In this document: piece by piece, positions 1 to 13,666 of the stretch
Layout of the letters: every line of letters starts with the position of its first letter
Position numbering within the stretch: position 1 is the first letter of the stretch
From: Octopus vulgaris
Lineage: Eukaryota
NCBI GenBank assembly: GCA_951406725.2
Contig: OX597819.1
Span: forward strand, 93,186,001 to 93,250,000
Length of the DNA: 64,000 bases
Direction: 5' to 3'
The notes under the pieces: model-generated
What the model was told of the DNA's origin: nothing
Databases searched by the model: none
Seen by the model: only the letters and a program-made list of their open reading frames with translations
Translations under genes and position numbers: made by a program

Positions 1-1227
1 CACAGAAATTTTAAATAAATTTTATATTATAAAGACTTAAGATGAAAAGAGATAAAATAAATAAGAAGGAATAAATACGAAGGAATAAATACGGTTATAC
101 ACATAATTATAAGTACAAACTAGTATATATGTATTCATATATTATTAAAATTAAATAAAAATAAATGATAGATATGTATGTATAAAACTACACCAGTATA
201 AGTAAATAAGTAAAAAATAAATAGGTAACAAATTAGATGACTTGATATGTATGTAAACATCTACACTTAAATAGGCAAATAAATAAATAAATAGAAGACT
301 AGATGCAAAGATTGATAATATTACAATAAAATGGAAAATAAATAAAAATAAATAAAGTGAATATATATGTTTGTATATGTTATATTGTTGAAAGTAAATA
401 TGTATGGAAGGATAGTTTAAAGTACAGATCCAGAGGACTATAGATATAAACTAAATATATGAGGCTGGTAATAATTATAAAGCAAAATGCATGTAAATGA
501 GAAAATGAAAAAAATGAAAAAGGTTTATCAGTGAATAGCATAAGATACAAATTAAGGTGAGTACAAAAAGACCAAATATATAATAAAAACCTTCCAAATA
601 AACACATACAAAAAAAAAAAAAAAAACCTATAATCTCAACCTAAACCCACCAAACTCACAAAAGGCTCTCATATATTACATATTATACAATATCATTACA
701 TTATCCAGAGCTAGGTATCTAACCAAGATATACATATATACTATGCAAAATATACTATGCAATATTGGAAAACTTCAAAATCACACATTACAAGGCAAAT
801 ACCAAAATGAATATGTTAGTTTATGTCATATTGCATTTCTCTTAAAAAACAAACAAAAACCCACATACAAAAACCAAGAAACCAATAATACTAGACACAT
901 CCATTAATTATTATACAAATGTAGCTATAAAAATTATAAAATTATGAAATTTATAAATTGTATACTTTAGAATTATAGAAGACCACAGGTATATTTAGTT
1001 AAAGAAGGGAATTAAAAAATTAATAATAGTGGAAGTGCTAAGTTCTATTTGAATCTAGAAAAGGTGAACGGTAGCCTATGAATACAAAAGAAGTTTTTTT
1101 CATTAATGTTGTTAATAATTTGCCGACCCGCTTTAATTTTAATATGTATTAATTTTGTTGGGTACCTATCTAGCAGTATATTGGATATATATTATCCCAT
1201 GGTGGGTTGAATTTTCAACCCCTATCT

Positions 1228-1279
<52 letters not shown>

Positions 1280-1949
1280 TGAAAGAAAGGAAAACCAAGC
1301 CACGACAGGACGAGTATCTCAGGTCATTTAGAATATCTAATTAGAGTAAGGTGAACTAAGAATGGAGAAGTGATTAATAGCTTATTCCTGTTCCTATGAT
1401 ATCGCAAGATCAGCATCGCCATACACCGGGTATTCCGTAATCACAGATTAGATGTGTATGCAGGAAAGTTCCAGACAGAGAATTCACTGTATATAGAAGA
1501 ATAAAACAGTAGATAGAAGAATAAAGTTTACAGTTCATCTTCTTATAGTGGGTATGGAGGTTAGTCCGTACTTCCGTGAAGGTATAGTCCTTTAAGTATA
1601 ATCCCGGGTAAATACAGGCAGCATTTTGAATGAATCATTCAAATTGAAGGAATAGACCAAGTAAACGTGTAAGAAAAATGGTCCGTATGGATATATAATG
1701 TGAGAGAGACAGACATCATGATAGACAGATAGATAAGAGAGAATTTGGGGTTGTGAGTGAGTGAAGAGAGAAAAGAAAGAGCGAATAGTAGAAATGAAGA
1801 TAAAGATAAAAAAAGTAAAGAGGGTAAAGAGGATAAGTGATGGAAAAAAAAGAAAGAGAGCGAAAGTAAAATAAAGATAAAACTAAAGATAAAAGGTAAA
1901 ATGCCAGTATCATTCTTCGTCAGGGTAGGTTCGAGGTGAGAGATCAGGG

Positions 1950-2620
1950 TTTTAAGATTTTGCTAAAGTGGGGGAGGAACGCGTTTATGGCTATTAAAGA
2001 GTAATAAACAAATAAATGAATTCTAGGTCCAGCGTGGTCAGGAAGAATATCTAACTTTAGCTCAATGGTCGGTAAAGAGATCTAAAATGCTAGAAATGGT
2101 TCCGGTTTGATATGAAGAAGATTCTCCAGCCTGGTTCCAAACCAGATCTCCTCTCGTTTTGTTTTTATACCGAGGAGCATGTTAATATCTTCCGAGACAC
2201 ATGCTAATTTCCTCTTGAAATCCAACCCCGGTGGAACTAATTCTATCCTGCAGATTCGTCTCAAATATCTGGGTAATGGGTAAGATCCCTATAGCGTATA
2301 GGAATTATTGAGTGTTATAACGCCATGGCATTGCTTTTGAAAAGAACCTCCACGCTCTTGAACTGCCTTGCCCTGGCCATATGCTCTATGTCTTGCGATA
2401 TATCTTCGAGGGACCGTTCCACTTAGGTGAGGCGGCTGCTTCTAGGCGTCATATTTTTGTTGGCACACGGCGATTCAATATTATTTTCCGGGCAGCCTCT
2501 TCCGAAACCTCAGCTGCGATTGCAACTTGGGCTTTGCTACTCTCATTCACAGATCGTACCGTCTTTGTCAGAACGAAAACTATTTTGGAGACTTAGCCAT
2601 GTCATCAGTAAGTGTCTGTT
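1950..2620 (-). mobile_element. Decayed ORF1 (gag-like) of a Tx1/L1-clade LINE
   Basis: Minus-strand frames give ...IEHMARARQFKSVEVLFKSNAMAL*HSIIPIR... and RRICRIELVPPGLDF..., resembling Tx1-type ORF1, with many stops and frameshifts. 1290-1700 may be decayed endonuclease from the same element. Confidence 0.4.
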
Positions 2621-3098
2621 TTTGGAGTCGCCTCTGCAGCTTACATTGCCGTCGTCATTGTTTTTGTTGTTGATATATTGTTGTCGTTGCTGCCACTGTT
2701 ATTGCTGACGCTTTTATTACTGCTGTTTCTGCTGTTGCTGTTACCGGTGTTGTTGTTATTGTTGATGTTGCTGTTGTTGTTACTACTGCTGCTACAGTTG
2801 CTATTCTCACTGTTAAAGCCGTTACACTTATTATTGCTACAGTTGCTGTTATCATAGCAGTCGTTGTTGTTGTCGTACTACACGTACTGCTTCTAACAGC
2901 CTCTATGGGCGAATATTGGATTAAAAAGGGGAGGAAGGTACTGGATTACTAATGATATTAGTAGTGGTAGTATACATACATATATGCATACATATATGCA
3001 CACTTGCACGCATATATATATACATACGTAAATGCATACATACACACGCCAGACTTCCACGGCGAAATCATTCACAGATTATTGGTCAGCCCAATGTA

Positions 3099-3637
3099 TT
3101 AGGTTGTCCAGAAAGTTCGTGCCGATTTTTAAAGGAAAGAAAAAGGTCAATAAATACTTGCCATTACATTTTTAATTAACCAAATATGAACCATTTTGTT
3201 GCACAATGCGTCTCCATTTTTCCTTTAACTTGAAAATGCCTTCTTCCCAGAATTGAGATGGTTTCGTGGCAAAGAATTCTCAAGGTATTTTTTTACGTCA
3301 TCCAAGTAATTGAAATTTTTACCGTTAAGACAATTCCGAAGGAGCAATATCTGGTGTATATGGAGGGTGGGGTAACACATCCCAGCCGAGCCGCAGCAAT
3401 TTTTGTCTGGTTCCCAAAGCTTCAAGTGCTGAAAATGAACTTTCTTATTTTCCATTTTAAAGGGTTACAGAATTAACACAGGTTATAGGAACATAAGTCT
3501 TCTTCAACGAAAAGATAGCTTAAACTGTGCTCTAAATGGAGGTGTAGTCAAATCCTATTTTATGGACTCAACCATGTTCTAAAATAAGTCGAAATGTAAG
3601 CTACTATAAATCGGCACGAATTTTCCGGACAACCCAA
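3099..3637 (-). mobile_element. Internally deleted mariner (Tc1/mariner) element
   Basis: ~30-bp TIRs (ttaggttgtccagaaagttcgtgccgattt / aaatcggcacgaattttccggacaacccaa) flanked by TA at 3097-98 and 3638-39. Minus strand encodes the mariner C-terminus LGWDVLPHPPYTPDIAPS...FWEEGIFKLKEKWRRIVQQNGSYLVN*. Confidence 0.93.
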
Positions 3638-5608
3638 TAATAGCAGAAGACTCTTACGCAATGTTCTTCTCAGTGGCACCTTGGGCAAGTGTCTTCTACT
3701 AAGAACGAGGAACCACACGGTTGCTGAGCAAACCTCTTAACCACACATTCGTAACGATGATTTCGAACAGTCGAAGAACGCGATTCCAATACCTGTCTAC
3801 TTATTTTCATAACCCCACCCCAGGAGGTTGAACTCTAAAGTCAACCTAATTTACTTGGAACGTAAAGAGGAATGAGGCTATTTGTACGACCACTACTAAT
3901 TCTGCTAATCCAATCATAACTTTTGTTCTAGCCATTTTAGGAATCATTTAATTAGTTATGAATTATTTTATCTTGATGCCATATTTAAAAGGTTCATTCA
4001 TAAGGAATGCGGTTTAGATTGTTGATTAAATAATATTTTTAAAGCAATCTCAAAACAATACCTCTTGAAAATGTTATAAGGTATTTACTTATGTGAATCA
4101 TATCATGAAAACTATCCGAGATGAGAAATTATCACCTGGAAACCATAATTATATAATAACATTATGAACCGGATATAGTTATTGCATGTTAATTTTGAGA
4201 GCAGGAAACACTGATCATCTAGTAATTTGGGTAGCCGGAAACATCGACGTCATAAACATTTTGTTCTGGCAACTGATCAGCACTGGAGAAGGAGAAAGAA
4301 AAAGAGGAGAAAGAGGAGGAGGTGTTTGAATTAGCTGCTTAACTTATACTTGCTGAGAAGTGCAATGATTCTGTATATAAAGAGTTTTTCAAATCAACCA
4401 ACCAGTGTTTCCCATAACTGCAATGTTATCTTTAAGAAGAAAGCGAGTATGAAACTCTGAAAATTTAATGCTAATATTACGAATGCTCTGTTAATATCGA
4501 TTAAAATCAATTGCCTTAAATGTCCGATTTACTGTGATTATTCATTACATTATAGCATATATTATAACATATATTTGGTTTTATTGCTTATTAAATTTTC
4601 CTTATTTGATTTTGTTGTTTTACGATTATTTTATTTCATTCCCTTTATTAATTTATTTATTTCATTTGATTTTTCGAATAAATGACAGGGCTTTGTATGA
4701 TTGTTAGTTCGATTTTAACTGATAAAGATTTCTTAGCTGAAACAAAATAATCAGAATTTAAGGAATTTATCATTGTACATCGAAATCATTTGATTATGAA
4801 GTCATGTGTCCTAGCTTAATCCATTATTGGTCATAATTTATCATTGAACGATTTGCCATTATTCGATTATATGAATCTGGTGGAGTGACAGAACTATGAG
4901 AGCGGTGGACAGTTTATAATTTCGTTTCTCTACTTCCCGAGGTCAAATCATTCCTCTGAAGTCATTTAAACAGAACAAGGCATATACTGAATTCGATTCA
5001 ATTGTCTAGGCTTTCCTTCAAAATTTATGGCAGTGTACCAATGAGAATTATTATTAGATCATGTTAAACTCAATTTGTAAACGTCCGTTTAAAGTTAGTT
5101 TTCCCCATCTGATTAAGTATCACATATTTCATATTCTTTACCTGTCATCTTTGAAGAGATTTTCAATAAGTGTGCACCCTACGCTACAGACTGTTATAAC
5201 GAATATTACAAAACTTAATAGATTAGACTTCATATCACGTTAATTATACATGTCAGGAATATTTCTTTGACGATTCAGGGTAAATTTAGCTGCTTTATGA
5301 TATCTGGTGGTGTATCATACGTTCCTTAGTTAAAATATTGCCGTTATTGATTCACTTTTTTGTTTCCTAATTGAGTCAACAAAATATTTATTTGCTAAGT
5401 GATGAGTACTGACTGTTCGTCGCTTAAACCAATTACAATCTCTTTATAAAATATTTTCAGTTAAGCACACCAAACTAAAAATAGCAACCATATCTCTCAC
5501 AAATTACACTCTATCGCCTTTAAAAATTTATTCGTACGTGCCATTAACGAATGAGATTACCACGGCTGATATATCTTTGGTCAATGGTCTACTTCAGGTT
5601 TCAGCCTG

Positions 5609-6111
5609 TGTAACTTTGGTCAAAACGTTTTACTGCCCAACACTTAACCGTGTATCAAACCGTATTGTTGTGCATGTCTGGTTAATACCCTAACCCTAAC
5701 TCTGACCCTAACATTCTCGTAACCAAATATGTAATTTAGCTTCATTATTACAGAACATCGTGGAGGCGCGTAGATAAGTGGTTAGGGTATCAGCACCATG
5801 ATCGTAAGATTGTGGTTTCGATTCCTGGACCGGTCGACGCGTTGTGTTCTTGAGCGAAAAACTTCATTTCATGTTGCTCCAGTCCACTCAGGTGGCAAAA
5901 ATGAGTAACTCTGCGATGGACTGGCGGTAGTCCAGCTGGGGAACATATACGCCATAGAAACCGGTAAACCGGGCCCATGAGCCTGGCTAGGCTTTAAAAG
6001 GGCGCATTTATTTTATTATTACAGAACATCATAAAGGTGGTAGTAGTAGTTAAATATGAAAACATTCATTTGATTATACGTCAAGGCATGCGAAATGTAA
6101 GAAAAGTTACC
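5609..6111. mobile_element. Decayed MITE with internal (CCCTAA)n, interrupted by a SINE
   Basis: Imperfect inverted ends gtaacttt.../...aaagttacc; ccctaaccctaactctgaccctaac at ~5688-5712. Confidence 0.4.
5760..6014 (+). mobile_element. tRNA-derived SINE (family B head) with 16-bp TSD
   Basis: Pol III A/B-box-like head (agtggttagg...gtttcgattcc) and ttgtgttcttgagc core. TSD attattacagaacatc at 5744-5759 and 6015-6030. Confidence 0.9.
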
Positions 6112-6300
6112 GCGCCGGGAAAATGCTTATTTTCATTTTTATCCGACCTTACGTTCTGAGTTCGAATTCCACGGTAATCAACTTTACCTTCTTCTGTCCT
6201 TTCGTGGCCATCAAAATAAGCACCAGTTGAATACAAGTGTCGTTATAATCGACATATCCCCTCATCTGCAATTTGCTGACCTTGTCCCAAAATTTGATAT
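6112..6300 (+). mobile_element. Decayed Nin/Deu-domain-like SINE (family N)
   Basis: Similar to the copies at 8928 and 62554 (acgttctgagttcgaattcc...aaaataagcaccagttga). Confidence 0.7.
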
Positions 6301-6695
6301 TAATATATGCGAAATCTTTTGTAGGTGAAAGTACTTCTGTATTTGGTGCTGTCGTTACGAAATTATAATTGAATATAAATATTTAAAAACAAATATAATC
6401 CTAATGAATTTTATTGTGTCGAAAAGTTAAAACAAAACATGCGTCAATCATGCAGTTTGTATAAATTAATTTATAAATATTTTGGTATATACACTTCTGA
6501 TAATGTATATCGGCCTGATTCTGTGTATTTGTGAAAGATTGAAGACACACTAGCCTACATAAGAGCAAGCCTCCATGCTTTTGTTTATTAGCTGTTGTTT
6601 AATCTTTAATCGGTTCTTACTGAAAATATTCATTATAACGAAAGATATTCAACGTGTCCTTCCATTTTCAGAACAATAGTGTGTATGTGTGTGTC

Positions 6696-6749
<54 letters not shown>

Positions 6750-6799
6750 GTGGTAAAGATTTGTCTGCTGTTTTTAGAATGTCGTGCAACGACATGACT

Positions 6800-6966
6800 T
6801 GGTCACTGGCAATCTGTGGCCCGCAGGACTATTCGAACGGCCCGCCTAATGGCACGAGGGAAATAACGTTTATGAAATGACCTTGATATTTTTCAAGAGT
6901 GCAGCCTGTCTAATGTTGAGCTACGTCTTATGCGGCCCGCTTCTCGGAAAAGCTTGCCCATGCCTG
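6800..6966. mobile_element. Decayed hAT-type MITE
   Basis: Right end ttgcccatgcctg and repeated subterminal ggcccgc motifs; left TIR degraded. Confidence 0.5.
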
Positions 6967-7539
6967 AAATAAAAATTCTTTCAGTAACCCGTCTTGTTTT
7001 AGTTGTTCTCATATCAAAGTGTTTGTATGGATTTTTTTTCCTACGTGTTGTTCTGCATTTTTGTATACGAAAGTAATATTTCAAGAGTGTGTGTGTAACA
7101 GCGTTTGATCGTGTGTAGAAGTAAGTGTATTTACTCTCTTCTCTGTTTACCAGTTACTATGTCAGTTTTCTATTATGAAATTTGTTTTCTCAGAATACCA
7201 CATCATCTGTTGGGAATTCATTTCACGTTCGTAATTATATATTCTTCCGCTGATTTCCATCGCCAACGTTTATGACAATTAATGGTCTATCTTCTTCCTT
7301 TTTGAAGCAAGCTTTGCCTACCGATCAATAGTAAAAGCGTTCGTTTTAATAGAGTTATTTCTGTAGACTTTATTTTTAATTGTTTCACTTTTCTATCACT
7401 CGCTATGTTCTCAAACTATGAGTTTATACAGAACATATAACTTGTGCTTTGTATTAAACATCAATGATAAACCTCACTAAGAAATTCATTGTTCGTTACG
7501 TCTAACCTTCTATTTTCATCTTTCTATCACAATTACCCT

Positions 7540-7563
7540 CTTGCTATACACAACATACGCATG

Positions 7564-7605
<42 letters not shown>

Positions 7606-7683
7606 TACGAATATATATATATATATATATATATATAGTCATATATTTACAGATATATATTGATATACCGATATATATATATA

Positions 7684-7719
<36 letters not shown>

Positions 7720-7930
7720 TGTATGTTTATATATACATATATGTATATACAGATATCTGTGTATATACATATGTATGTATATGCATATATACGTATGTGT
7801 ATATGTATGTATATATACATGTATGTATATATGTATGTATACATATATATCTATATATATATTCATATGCTTGTATGTATGTATGTATGTACGTATGTAT
7901 GTATGTATGTATGTATGTATGTATATGACA
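7540..7930. repeat. Compound (CA)n/(TA)n/(TATG)n microsatellite
   Basis: Directly visible; explains the YI/CM-rich ORFs here. Confidence 0.97.
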
Positions 7931-8927
7931 CTGTCTTCTCTTTCGATTACTCTCCAAAACAACAAAGTTTAGATAGAATTTGTAAAAATGTTATATAAAT
8001 ACAAAGTTGTTGTGGTGAACTGTCTTCTCTGTTCTGAGAATAGAGAAGTCTGCTACCAAAACTATTTCGCCGAAGAATTCTCGAAGAAGGGGTACTGACC
8101 CAGAAATAATAGAATACAAAGGGAAAGTATAAACCACAGGCTTGTATTATTTCTCATAACTTGCCTTGATTTGGCTTTATGAAAAATAATTTTAAACAGA
8201 TATACAGAAATATATATGTGTATATATTCAAACAATAGGACGATATTTAAATATTGTACTCATTTCCGTTTGCATATTCTGATAAGACATACAGACACCC
8301 ACTCACACATATATACATTTAAGAATTTTATTATTTCTATCTAAAATTGAGTCAAAGAAGTGTTTCTTGGCAACAAGATGGCTAAATTGATAATTATTAC
8401 TTGCAGAGACCTAAAGAAGAAGAGAATAATTGCAACATATTGGCATCCATGCTTTTCCAAAGCATATCATTGATATTTAACTTATTGAAAGACAAAAATA
8501 AAACCTATCCATAATTACTGAGGATTCATGAAATCCCATATAGATTGTATTTTATTTCATTCAGAATTCTCAGATGTATACAATGTGATATTCAAGGTTT
8601 CACTAACGACAGATGCACCATGTCTTCAAACGTTCTTATTTCTTTTATATACTTTTATTGTGCTTACCGTGTAGAATAGATAGATATATTCCGTTCAAAT
8701 TAACAATTTCAAGAAGAACCTTCTGTGAAATATGTCATAGGCTGAGGCATGGTTTGTGTAGTTATGAAGCTTATTGTGCAACCACTGCGTTTCAGGTTCA
8801 TTCGCACGGCAAGTGTCTTTAACTCTAATGCGTCATTTTAAATTTGAGCTCGTTAGCTTATTTAAGAAGGGTTTGGCTGCTAAATGACTATATATAAGAT
8901 TCTTTTTTTCTAATATTAAATCACTGA

Positions 8928-9145
8928 AAGGCGGCGAGCTGGCAGAATCGTCAGCACACCAAGTAAAACGCTTAGTGGCATTTTGTCCGTCTTTAGGTTC
9001 TGGGTTCAAAATCTACCGAGGCTGACTTTACTTTTCATCATTTCGGGGTCAATAAAATAAGTACTGGTTGAACACTGGGGTCGATGTAATCGAATTGTCC
9101 CCTCCCTCGAAATTGCTGGCTTTGTGCCAACCTTCGAAGCCAATA
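8928..9145 (+). mobile_element. Family N SINE (Nin/Deu-domain-like), older tail type
   Basis: aaaggcggcgagctggcagaatcg head, ttcatcatttcggggtcaataaaataagtac core, cccctccctcgaaattgctggc tail. Confidence 0.88.
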
Positions 9146-9704
9146 TTAAATAAATAATGTATTCACCTTTCGTATCATTTTTACTCCACTTGCTCAAATC
9201 AATGGCAAAAGAGTCCTTGTGATGAAATACGATCTTACAACAGGCTCAAGTGCTGGATCCTTATCAGTATGCTACAGCATATTTAGCTGCAATTGTATTC
9301 CCTATTTTCCCCTTTACAAAGTAATAGAAAGAGAATCACAGCGACAATGCTTGTTTGCGACGACGTGATTACAATGGTATCATTGATATACGAGGAAACA
9401 ACTACATTGAGGTTCTGTCCAGAAAATTTTGTATTATCATCATACACGTGCAAAATCTAAAATGCAACGTTTGAGAAGTAACGAAAGTAATAACTCGGTT
9501 CGTTTGCTTTTTGAATATTCTAATAAAGGAAAATTAAATTGAAAAATGTATGTTTTATATTCGAAGCAGTTAAATGAAATTTGATCTCACTTTTGCTATT
9601 GATAATTTATATCATATGCAACTATTGATAATAATTGCAATAGATATAGGGTCGTTGTGCCCAATAAAAATGAAATTAATATTTTAAACAAACTTACAAT
9701 CACT

Positions 9705-9725
9705 CACGCACGCGCGTGTGTGTGA

Positions 9726-9779
<54 letters not shown>

Positions 9780-9809
9780 CATATATATGTATATATACGT
9801 GTATGTATA

Positions 9810-9867
<58 letters not shown>

Positions 9868-9940
9868 AGAGAGAGAGAGAGAGAGAGAGAGACTCAGAGA
9901 GAGACACACAGAGAGAAAGAGAGAGTGAAAGAGAGAGAGG
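9705..9940. repeat. (TA)n/(GA)n microsatellite
   Basis: Directly visible. Confidence 0.97.
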
Positions 9941-10639
9941 CTAAACTATCCTGGACAAGAGAATTAATAGAAAAGATGAGGAGTGAAAACAAAACGTAAG
10001 AAATGAAATGATGTACAGATCCTTGTCAATTCAAAATACCATATGACTTTTTTTTCCCCTTTCAGCGAAGCAATTATGTTTAGAAAATTATTGCAATCGT
10101 AGTAAGAAAGTGCTTAAGGCTATACGATTTCACTCAGTAATCAGATCCATCTGGTAGGTTTCTGACCAACTTTCATCTGCTTCCAGAAGCGAAATATTTA
10201 AACATTAAAACACAAAACTGAAAACTTTCTCTGTGTGTGTGTGTTTGTGCGTGTGTGTGTCTTATTTTATATCTTAAATGACACAGTATCCTACATTTGT
10301 TAACTGATATGCAAGAAAATTAGCGTAATTCTTTGTAATTAATTCTTTCTAATTAATTCTTTGTAATTAATTAAACGTAATATACAGTGTCATCCGTATG
10401 TGTTACTAGTTTAAATACAGCCGTGACTTACTTTTACTTTCATCCCATTTGTGTCCATAAATTAAAATACCAGTCATGTGTTAGGGCTGTTCCATTAAAT
10501 TTTTCTGCCCTACAAATTAGAGGTCTTGCAAAAAAACATGCAAGAAATTATCAATTGTAAAATCTGCAGCTGTAGCAACGGTAGTCGTGACAGCGTCATC
10601 ATCATCAGTATCATCACCATCAGCAGCAGCAGCAGTAGC

Positions 10640-10680
<41 letters not shown>

Positions 10681-10690
10681 CTAAGCGTAC

Positions 10691-10905
10691 CTTTTTGTAG
10701 AATACTTTGCAACAGCCAAAGTCTTATTAAATGTCAGTTCAGTTCTATATGGAACGAGGTGGTAGTGTGATAATAAGCACACAACGTGTAAAATGAATGC
10801 ACGTGATTCCATGGAGGCATAACTGAAATCGTGGAAACGTAGCATCTGTCCGAAACCACTGGCAACATCTAAGCTGGCAAAATACCTCAACCATATCTGA
10901 TAGTG
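10691..10905 (-). CDS. Candidate isolated exon of an unknown host gene
   Basis: Acceptor gtttctttttgtag| and donor aaag|gtacgc flank a 215-nt unique segment with an open frame (HYQIWLRYFASLDVASGFGQMLRFHDFSYASMESRAFILHVVCLL...). No recognised homology and no partner exons found. Confidence 0.25.
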
Positions 10906-11020
10906 CTACAAAAAGAAACTTTTCACAATTGTTACGGTTATGCATTTCTTTTGCAAGATTGTTGATCTAAGATCGTATGTTGAAACAGATATCGTTATAC
11001 TTGGAGATGGATATATTATA

Positions 11021-11210
11021 CCAATTAAACACAGGCACTATATTGGTCTTCACTTCTGCTTTATTATTACTATTTTAGTTTCTTTGTCAAATTTCTTTCG
11101 TCAGCGCCGAAGAGATCACAAGATATATGACGAAAGAGCTTTGACAAAGAAACTAAAATAATAAGAAAACTGTAGTGAAGACCTAGTAAATAGTGCGTGC
11201 GTTTAATTGG
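11021..11210. repeat. Imperfect foldback, probable Penelope pLTR remnant with hammerhead-like core
   Basis: ~80-bp inverted arms (ccaattaaac...ctttcgtca / tgacgaaag...gtttaattgg). Loop and right arm read ccgaaga-gatca..tgac-gaaa-gagct. Confidence 0.65.
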
Positions 11211-12087
11211 CAAAATATTACCATCTCCAAGTATAATAATGCAAAATTTGAAATAGTTGTTTAATACAAAGTTTAAACTCGAAAGTGTGACCCGTGGGTT
11301 ACACTCTTCAGTCGCTCGGCAATGTCATCGTAGATACTCAATGATTAGAAAAGGACGGGAAAGAGATTGAGAGAACTCACTGCCACGAGCGAAGATTTTA
11401 TGGGTGTGGCACTTCCGAGTCTGCTTACATAAGCTTGTATAGGCTTGGGACGTACCATGAAGCGGCAAACTCAAGGTCTTCTCCGGGTGACCTGGGCTCT
11501 AACTACGTTATTAACTCACGTCATAAATCTAGACTTAAAAAATATTAATATCCATCATCAATCTACATATTATCAGCGTCATGAGTTCAAAGCATTATTG
11601 TACATTTGAAGAGAGCTTGGGATTTAAAACAAACTTGTAACGGAGAAAGAGGAATATAAGGGTTTCCTCAAGCAACATAATAATGGACAAAGTTATATAT
11701 GGACTAAAATATAACAGCACACACGAAACAGAAATGGACGACGCAGTAACAAATATAATGCGAGAAGTAGTAAGATGTGGATGCAAATTATAGGCGTATC
11801 AGAGTAGGCATGGCTCTGTGATTAAGGCTCTTGCTATGCAACCACGTGGAACACTGAGCAATTGCCTTCTAAAATTGCCCGGGGCACAGCAATGTCTGTC
11901 TCGTGAGTGAATTTGGTAGATTGGACGCTTGTGAGTGAATCTGGCAGAATGGAAGCCAGCTGCGCGAGTGTGTGTGTGTGTCTGTACAGAATGTTCGGGC
12001 TAAATGTGACAGATTGCATAAAAGAATTAAAACAAAAACAATATATCCCACCCAAAAATAAAAGTATTTTAAAAATTCATAAAATAT

Positions 12088-12297
12088 ATTTCTTTACTAC
12101 CCACAAGGGGCTAAACATAGAGGAGACAAACAAGGGGATTAAGCCGATTACATCGACCCCAGTGCGTAACTGGTACTTTATTTATCGACCCCGAAAGGAT
12201 GAAAGGCAAAGTCGACCTCGGCGGAATTTGAACTCAGAACGTAACGGCAGACGAAATACCGCAAAGCATTTCGCCCGGCGTGCTAACGTTTCTGCCT
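12088..12297 (-). mobile_element. Family N SINE, young tail type
   Basis: Near-identical to 35908-36135 and the reverse of 62554-62750; tail ...tttagccccttgtgggtagtaaagaaa. Confidence 0.92.
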
Positions 12298-12311
12298 GAG
12301 AGACAATAGTT

Positions 12312-13015
12312 CACTGAATGTAGTCGCCTTCGGTTTCTAACACGGCCTGAAGGTGGCCTCGGAATCTGGCACGTGTTTACCGCACTATAACTCTGCGCGC
12401 CCCACACATATTCCATAGGATTACAATTGGGGTAATTAAATGGCTAGTAATTGGGTCTAGTGAAGTCGTGGAAATTTTCCGACAACTACTTCTGACACTT
12501 TCCGGAGATATAACAAGGAGCCTATTCCTGTCACTGCACATATCGCTTCCAGCACCATCCCTCTCCAACCAGGATTTGTGCACAGTCTCCAGCAGTCTCA
12601 TATAGTCGTCTGACTGAGCTTAGGCCCTGTTCAACATTCGTTGGATGAATGAATTCTGGTGTGTGGACATAATAAGACCGCCTGTAATGTCACTTCCTGC
12701 TATCTACATCTTCCTAGTCTCTATTGCACCTGTCTACGTCACATCTTACGGCTTTTACCAAGTTTACAGAGCATTATGCAGTAGTCATGAAGTCAGCATT
12801 TTGACACCCAGCGCCAATCTTCGTGATATAGGTAGATCTGTTCCAGTATTCAAATGGCTTCCAGTCATCCATGCCAGCTAAATTTCTCTCAACTACAAAT
12901 TTAATCTTTAAGCTCTCCATCGCACGCCGTTGGGTGTTCACCAATACATCAAGCTGTTTCCGAGACGTAAAGGTGACATAAAAATCGTAAAATTTGGCCC
13001 GAATACTTTGTATAG
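12312..13015 (-). mobile_element. Decayed Tc1/mariner-superfamily (maT/DD37D-like) transposase
   Basis: Minus frames: DDYMRLLETV..SWLER, LSENFHDFTRPNY*PFNYPNCNPMEYVWGA (cf. WPPNSPDLNPLDY.VWG) and RARFRGHLQAVLETEGDYIQ*. Confidence 0.8.
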
Positions 13016-13632
13016 AAATGTGTATGTGCGTGTGTGTGTGTGTGTGTGTGTGTGACGGGTATTACCACAGTAGTGCTCCAGCATGACCGCAGCTGCATGA
13101 CTGGAACGAATAAAAGAATAAAAGACTATATATATATATATACATATGCATATGTGTAAGTCTTTGAGTGTGTGTTTGTCCACATATCGCTTGGCAATCT
13201 GTGGTGGTTTGTTTACGAACTCGTAAGTTAGTGATACAGCAAAAGAGACCGGGAGAGTAAGTGCCAGGGCTTAAAAACGTAAATACTGGAACCGTTGTTT
13301 TCCACTAAACCCTTCAAGGTCGTGCCCCAGCATAGCCGTGTTCCAATGAATGGAATGAGTAAAAGACACGACATGATATTAAAAACGGATTTATTATATA
13401 TATTGTATATCTCAAGCCAAAACTAGTGAACAATAGTGTCGTTGGTTAGTTTCTAATAGACCAACCATTGGTTTATTGTTGTTCGAAGGATGAGAGTGGC
13501 AAGGCATTCTCTGTGTAACACGGTACAGGGTAATTATTTCACAATGCTGTTTTGTTCCGCAACACCAGTTATGGTTTTTCCATCCTCGTACTTGTGAGAA
13601 ATAAATTCTCTTTCTCTTTCTCTCTTCCCCCC

Positions 13633-13666
<34 letters not shown>

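Noticed and set aside
5760-5830. tRNA gene
   Set aside because: tRNA-like SINE head continuing into a SINE body with a TSD; same for the other SINE heads.
10327-10372. 14-bp tandem repeat x3 (CRISPR-like?)
   Set aside because: No spacers; a simple slippage duplication in eukaryotic DNA.
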